DNA of 22,760 nucleotides, taken from Deltaproteobacteria bacterium TL4. GTDB taxonomy: Bacteria > SAR324 > NAC60-12. The DNA lies in the NCBI GenBank assembly GCA_051382335.1, contig JBBCAX010000231.1, positions 1-22,760 of the forward strand, written 5' to 3'. Below, one piece after another: positions 18,018 through 22,760 of this stretch. Both the position numbers and the translations under genes were made by a program. How positions within the stretch are numbered: the stretch's first letter is position 1; each line of letters begins with the position of its first letter. Under the pieces are notes generated by a model that saw only the letters and a program-made list of their open reading frames with translations, was not told where the DNA came from and did not search any database.

Positions 18018-19001
18018 TTATAGGATTCCCCAAAAATAATTGAAGAACCACCCTACCAACGTAAACGCGACTAATAACACCCCAAACAAAATCCCCAGAA
18101 GTTTCCATTCCATGACCTGTTTGAGCAGCATGAATTCAGGAATACTGGCAGCGATGGTACTCATGGAAAACGCGAGCGTGGTTCCCACAGGCAGTCCTTT
18201 GGCAAGCAGGGTTTGCATCACAGGAATGATCCCTGTCGCATTGGAGTACAGGGGAATTCCCACCAAGACAGCCAAAGGAACAGACCACCATTGCCCCGCT
18301 CCCAACGTATCGGTAATCCAGACTTCAGGAACCAATCCGTGCAATCCGGCTCCCACACCCACACCAATAATCACCCATTTCCAAACACGACTGAAAATTT
18401 CCTTCATCTCAGTCAGGGCAAAGGCATGTCGTTCCTGAAAGGATAGCTTCACCGCAGTCAACGCGTTATCGGGAAGATTATCCTGAGGAATCGCCTGACG
18501 CAAAAAAGGCAGCAGGAAACGTTCTGTTTTCAGAAGATCCATGACCAGCCCACCGACAATCCCTACCGTCAATCCGGCCGCGATATACACCAACATAAAA
18601 GTCCATCCCAGCATACTGCCAAGCATCACCACGGCGACTTCATTGATCATGGGCGAGGTGATCAGAAAAGCCATTGTGATTCCAATCGGAATACGGGCTG
18701 TGGTGAAGCCCATAAACAAGGGAATGCTCGAACAGGAACAGAAAGGCGTCACAGATCCAAACAAGGCGGCCAATACATATCCGGACCACCGCCCCTTTCT
18801 CTGGAGGTAATCTCTTATACGTTCGGTGTTCATGGATGCCCTTAGAAGGGCGATCCCATAGATCATGATGACCAGCAATACCAATATTTTGGTAGTATCC
18901 TCGATAAAAAAATGGAGGCTTTGTCCCAACCTGGATTGCAGCGAAATTTTCATAATATCTTCAACCAGCCAAGTCGCCAGTTGTGTGAATACCTGGAACA
19001 T
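18018..19001 (-). CDS. ArsP/DUF318-family permease
   Basis: TPFCSCSSIP, FLITSPMINE, GIPLYSN, ASIPEF. Start at ATG 19001 with SD GAGGAG. Confidence 0.88.
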   Translation of the reverse strand: MFQVFTQLATWLVEDIMKISLQSRLGQSLHFFIEDTTKILVLLVIMIYGIALLRASMNTERIRDYLQRKGRWSGYVLAALFGSVTPFCSCSSIPLFMGFTTARIPIGITMAFLITSPMINEVAVVMLGSMLGWTFMLVYIAAGLTVGIVGGLVMDLLKTERFLLPFLRQAIPQDNLPDNALTAVKLSFQERHAFALTEMKEIFSRVWKWVIIGVGVGAGLHGLVPEVWITDTLGAGQWWSVPLAVLVGIPLYSNATGIIPVMQTLLAKGLPVGTTLAFSMSTIAASIPEFMLLKQVMEWKLLGILFGVLLVAFTLVGWFFNYFWGIL

Positions 19002-19012
19002 AAGAACACTCC

Positions 19013-19402
19013 TCATGATTGGCAACTTATCTGTTTTTCCTGCTGAATTGTATTGATGGACTCAATGTCCTGTTGCAGCAGGGCATACCTATCCGGCAAG
19101 GCATCCAAAATACAATGAATCATTTCCTGAATTGAATCGGTCGCCGGTTTGAGCGAGTAGTAAATCCACACCCCCTCCCTGCGCGCCTGAATCAGAGCAT
19201 TCTGTTTCAGATAATTTAAATGCCTTGAAATTTTGGAATTGCCATACCCTGTCACCTGCTCAATATGACAGTTGCACAGTTCGCCCTTAGCGCCCAGCAG
19301 ATTCAGGATACGTAACCGTGCGGGATCAGACAACGCCCGAAACAAAAACGCCAGAGATTCCAATAATTCTTCAGGTTTTTCTAAATGTTTGAATACAGGC
19401 AT
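19013..19402 (-). CDS. arsR: ArsR/SmtB-family repressor
   Basis: FRALSDPARLRIL, ELCNC metal site, ISRHL, RREGVWIYYSL. Confidence 0.93.
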   Translation of the reverse strand: MPVFKHLEKPEELLESLAFLFRALSDPARLRILNLLGAKGELCNCHIEQVTGYGNSKISRHLNYLKQNALIQARREGVWIYYSLKPATDSIQEMIHCILDALPDRYALLQQDIESINTIQQEKQISCQS

Positions 19403-19455
19403 AATCCGTTTATTCTCACGCGACAGAAAAATAGTTAATGAAAAATTAGAATTTC

Positions 19456-19484
19456 ATATTTCTGCATAAGCAGAAATAAGGCAA
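19456..19484 (-). promoter_or_regulatory. ars promoter with inverted-repeat operator
   Basis: TATTTCTGC-ATAA-GCAGAAATA at 19457-19478 fills the spacer between TTGCCT (19484-19479) and AAATAT (19461-19456, 17-nt spacing) and overlaps the latter. Confidence 0.7.
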
Positions 19485-19642
19485 GCTTTTTCTGGTTGTA
19501 ATTTTTTTGGAAAGGGGAGACAGATCGATAAAGTTCATGGAAAATCGGTTTTACTTTGAGGCTGAGGATCTAAAAATGGAACGATTCATTCCTGACCTGT
19601 TCCAGGCTCGAGTTTTGGGGACTTCTAGGAACCTGTGTTGAA

Positions 19643-21664
19643 TCAACGGGAAATCGGGGATTGGAGTAATCGGTGAATGGTCTCGCAAAGATGTTTGATT
19701 TCAACAGGCTTGGTAATGTACTCCTGAATACCGTACTGTTTGGCATTGGCCTTGGAAATCACTGGATTGTAACCGGAAGTCAGAATGACTGGAAGTTTGG
19801 GGTTTATTTTCAGTAACGCTTCTGCTAATTCAAGCCCTGTCATCCCAGGCATCGCCTGATCGGTAAACACTAAATCAAATTGACTCGGGTTTCTGGAGAA
19901 AGCGTCATAAGCCATTTTCCCATCACTAAAGATACTGATTTCATAGCCAGCTCTTTCTAGTGCCCTACGAAAAAGTTCCTGTAATGAGACGGCGTCTTCA
20001 ACAACCATGAGACGACCTTTTCCGCCGGCAAATAAAGGAGGTGAGGCAACAACGTCAACTTCTGGAGCTTTCAGGATCTCAGCCACAGGCAGATAGACCG
20101 AGACAACGGTTCCTTTGCCCAGTTCACTTTCCACAAAAATAGTTCCTTCATGCTGCTGAATGATGCCCAGCACAACAGAAAGCCCAAGACCTGTCCCTTT
20201 ATCCACGTCCTTGGTAGTGAAGAAGGGTTCAAAAATACGTTCTATATTCTCAGGTGAAATCCCGTGTCCTGTATCACTGACCGTAAGTTTTAGATGATCC
20301 CTGTGTTTCAAAGTAGAGGAAACAGGCACGGATTCATAGGGAACTTCTTCCAATTTAATGGAAAGCACTCCCCCTTGGTCTTCCATCGCATGAAAAGCAT
20401 TGGTACAGAGGTTCACCATAACCTGATGCATTTGATTGGAGTCTACCTTGATTGATGAGGCCTTTGGGCTAAGATCCTGTTCTATTTTAATCGTCAACGG
20501 CATAATAGAACTTAGCATTTCAATCGATTCCCGAATGATAGGCGCAAGGGATTGAGTGTAAAGTTCCTGCTCTCTTTTTCTACTGAATGTCAAAATTTGC
20601 TGTACCAAATGAGCAGCGCGTTTTCCGGTGGAATGAATGCGTTGCGCATAGACTCTTTGATTCATCTCTTCTGTCAACTCATCCAGCAACAACTCTGAAT
20701 AGCCCATAATACTGGCCAGCATGTTGTTGAAATCGTGGGCAATCCCTCCCGCGAGGGTGCCTAAGGCCTGCATTTTTTGGGACTGGCGCAATTGTTGTTC
20801 CAACTGGACTTCGTTGGTGATATCGAGTTTCACGCCTATGTAATTAACAATCGTTCCCTGGTCGTTGCGGACAGGAGAAATGGTGAGTTTTTCCTCATAA
20901 AGGATTCCGTCTTTCTTTTTGTTAATAATATTTCCTGTCCAAACATCGCCTCTTTTGAGAACCTGCCACATTTCCTGATAAAAGGAGGCCTTATGTTTTC
21001 CACTTTTCAAGAGCGCCTGTGTTTTACCAATAACATGTTTAGCAGAATAATGGCTGATTTTCTCAAACGCAGGATTCACATATTCGATGACGCCCTCCGC
21101 ATTGGTAATCACAATGGACTCTGCCGCTTGTTCTATAGCGGTAAAAAGCAACTGCTGCACTTCTTCGGCCCGTTTTCTGATGATGATTTCCTGCTGGAGT
21201 TGATCATTAGTTGTTTTCAAACTGACCGTGCGCTCACGTACACGTTCCTCAAGTTCCTCTGCATGTAAGGCCAGTAATTGTTTTTGTTGATACAACTCAA
21301 GGAAGATCTTTACTTTCGATTTCAAGATATAGGGCTCTATCGGTTTGAACAAATAATCCACGGCGCCTGATTCATATCCCTGGAAAACATAAGTATGTTC
21401 CTTACTGATGGCTGTCACAAAAATAATGGGAATATAGCGTGTTCTTTCTACGGAACGAAGTAATTCCGCCGTTTCGAAACCATTCATTTCCGGCATTTGG
21501 ACATCCAATAAAATCAGCGCAAATTCATACTCGACACTGAGTCGTAGCGTTTCTTTTCCAGAATGGGCCTTGATGATGTTTAAATCCAAATCCCCTAGTT
21601 GATCTTCCATCGCCAACAAATTTTCAGGTCGGTCATCAACTATTAAAACATTGGCTTCTTTCAT
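19643..21664 (-). CDS. Cytoplasmic hybrid histidine kinase (REC-PAS-HisKA-HATPase-REC)
   Basis: LIVDD/LLDVQMP receiver, PAS (IEYVNPAF), H-box GIAHDFNN, FEPFFTTK..GTGLGL, second receiver TDQAMP. Confidence 0.93.
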   Translation of the reverse strand: MKEANVLIVDDRPENLLAMEDQLGDLDLNIIKAHSGKETLRLSVEYEFALILLDVQMPEMNGFETAELLRSVERTRYIPIIFVTAISKEHTYVFQGYESGAVDYLFKPIEPYILKSKVKIFLELYQQKQLLALHAEELEERVRERTVSLKTTNDQLQQEIIIRKRAEEVQQLLFTAIEQAAESIVITNAEGVIEYVNPAFEKISHYSAKHVIGKTQALLKSGKHKASFYQEMWQVLKRGDVWTGNIINKKKDGILYEEKLTISPVRNDQGTIVNYIGVKLDITNEVQLEQQLRQSQKMQALGTLAGGIAHDFNNMLASIMGYSELLLDELTEEMNQRVYAQRIHSTGKRAAHLVQQILTFSRKREQELYTQSLAPIIRESIEMLSSIMPLTIKIEQDLSPKASSIKVDSNQMHQVMVNLCTNAFHAMEDQGGVLSIKLEEVPYESVPVSSTLKHRDHLKLTVSDTGHGISPENIERIFEPFFTTKDVDKGTGLGLSVVLGIIQQHEGTIFVESELGKGTVVSVYLPVAEILKAPEVDVVASPPLFAGGKGRLMVVEDAVSLQELFRRALERAGYEISIFSDGKMAYDAFSRNPSQFDLVFTDQAMPGMTGLELAEALLKINPKLPVILTSGYNPVISKANAKQYGIQEYITKPVEIKHLCETIHRLLQSPISR

Positions 21665-21724
21665 GCGATACCTTTAAACATTTCAATTCATGCGTACAAT
21701 TATCAACCCCAACACACCATGCAA

Positions 21725-22582
21725 TTATATATCCGGACTTTCCAATTTTTTCTGATAGATCTTCGTCTTACTTGAAAAACAATGAAAGGCCCCTTTAAAC
21801 GGAGCCAATTTGAGATTTTCCCGACTCCCCAAACAAAGAAAACCGTCACGACACAGACTGTGATGAAACAGCGAAATCACCCGTTTTTGTAATTCATGAT
21901 CAAAATAAATCATCACATTACGACAAGAAATCACATGCATTTCATTAAAAATCTCGTCGGTCACCAGGTTGTGTGTCGCAAAAACGATATTCCTCCGCAA
22001 AGACTGGTCCATAATCGCCGAATCGTAGTAGGCGGTATAGTAATCAGAAAAAGACATAGCCCCCCCCGCTTTCTGATAGTTTGCCGTGTATTTTTTGATC
22101 AATTCTGTGGCGTAAATGCCAGCTTTGGCCTTCTGCACCACCGTATCGTTAAAATCTGTCGCGTAAAGTTGAGACCGTTCAGACAACCCTTCTTCCTGCA
22201 AGATGATACTGAGGGAGTAGACCTCTTCTCCTGTCGCGCATCCGGGAATCCAGATTCTAATGAAAGGGTAAGTCCGCAAGTAGGGAATGACGTCTTTGCG
22301 AAAATCACTAAAAAACGAGGGATCGCGGAACATTTCAGTAACATTGATCGAGAGATCCTGGAACAAGGTATAATAAAATTTTCTGTCATAAAGGACCCGT
22401 TGAGTCATTTCTGAAATATACTGCATTCCCGAAACAGCAAGACGATGTAAAACTCTCCGTTTTATGGTCGACCTTGCATAGTTTCTGAAGTCATATCCGT
22501 ATTTTCTGAAAATTGCCTCCAATAGCAAGTCCAGCTCAATTTCCTCATTTTCTGTTTCTGTATTCATAAACACCGGAAGCAT
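21725..22582 (-). CDS. cheR: CheR-type SAM-dependent methyltransferase
   Basis: YGYDFRNY, INVTEMFRDP, RIWIPGCATGEEVYS, CRNVMIYFD. Alternative start at 22567. Confidence 0.92.
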   Translation of the reverse strand: MLPVFMNTETENEEIELDLLLEAIFRKYGYDFRNYARSTIKRRVLHRLAVSGMQYISEMTQRVLYDRKFYYTLFQDLSINVTEMFRDPSFFSDFRKDVIPYLRTYPFIRIWIPGCATGEEVYSLSIILQEEGLSERSQLYATDFNDTVVQKAKAGIYATELIKKYTANYQKAGGAMSFSDYYTAYYDSAIMDQSLRRNIVFATHNLVTDEIFNEMHVISCRNVMIYFDHELQKRVISLFHHSLCRDGFLCLGSRENLKLAPFKGAFHCFSSKTKIYQKKLESPDI

Positions 22583-22603
22583 TCATCGTATCGCGGCTAC
22601 CGC

Positions 22604-22633
22604 TTACTGCAGCCAAACACGTAACAATGAAAG
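22604..22633 (-). pseudogene. Severed C-terminal codons of an upstream receiver-domain / hybrid kinase gene
   Basis: Reads LSLLRVWLQ-stop, the typical C-terminus of the receiver-domain gene that precedes this kind of cheR. It abuts the putative IS end. Confidence 0.6.
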
Positions 22634-22760
22634 GGGCGCATTCCCATTTTCCGGGTTAAGCATTCAAGATTGAGAGATGAGAATTTGCCAACTGTTTCAA
22701 TAAGTTCCATCGTCCTGCTTTATAATATGACCGTAGCATAAGTATCTTTGCTGCATTTTC
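22634..22760 (-). mobile_element. Right end of an insertion sequence (ISKra4/ISLre2-like), with transposase C-terminus at 22656-22760
   Basis: Minus frame ENAAKILMLRSYYKAGRWNLLKQLANSHLSILNA-stop resembles Mutator-like DDE transposase tails (A..ML.LR....SGRW). Candidate terminal repeat GGGCGCATTCCC begins at 22634. Confidence 0.6.

Overview
Bacterial chromosomal window with most genes on the minus strand; taxon cannot be fixed from the sequence alone. In order: the 3' part of a PD-(D/E)XK-like protein; a 39-bp REP-like tandem array; a GCS2-family glutamate-cysteine ligase; a XerD-like recombinase with a degenerate catalytic site followed by a ParA and a non-canonical partner; a TPR membrane protein; obgE and two hypothetical genes; a sulfate ABC operon (sbp-cysT-cysW-cysA); a seven-gene arsenic operon (arsR, arsP-like permease, thioredoxin-like, arsC, acr3, arsD-CMD fusion, arsA); a hybrid histidine kinase with cheR; and the end of an insertion sequence at the right edge. 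Three copies of a ~107-bp MITE-like element lie in intergenic DNA. The most striking unannotated signal is a 41-codon leader ORF ending in CCCLCCC-stop (13456-13581, minus strand). It has its own Shine-Dalgarno and a sigma70-like promoter and sits directly upstream of the sulfate uptake operon, making it a candidate cysteine-sensing attenuator. All family assignments come from motif recognition by eye, not from database searches.
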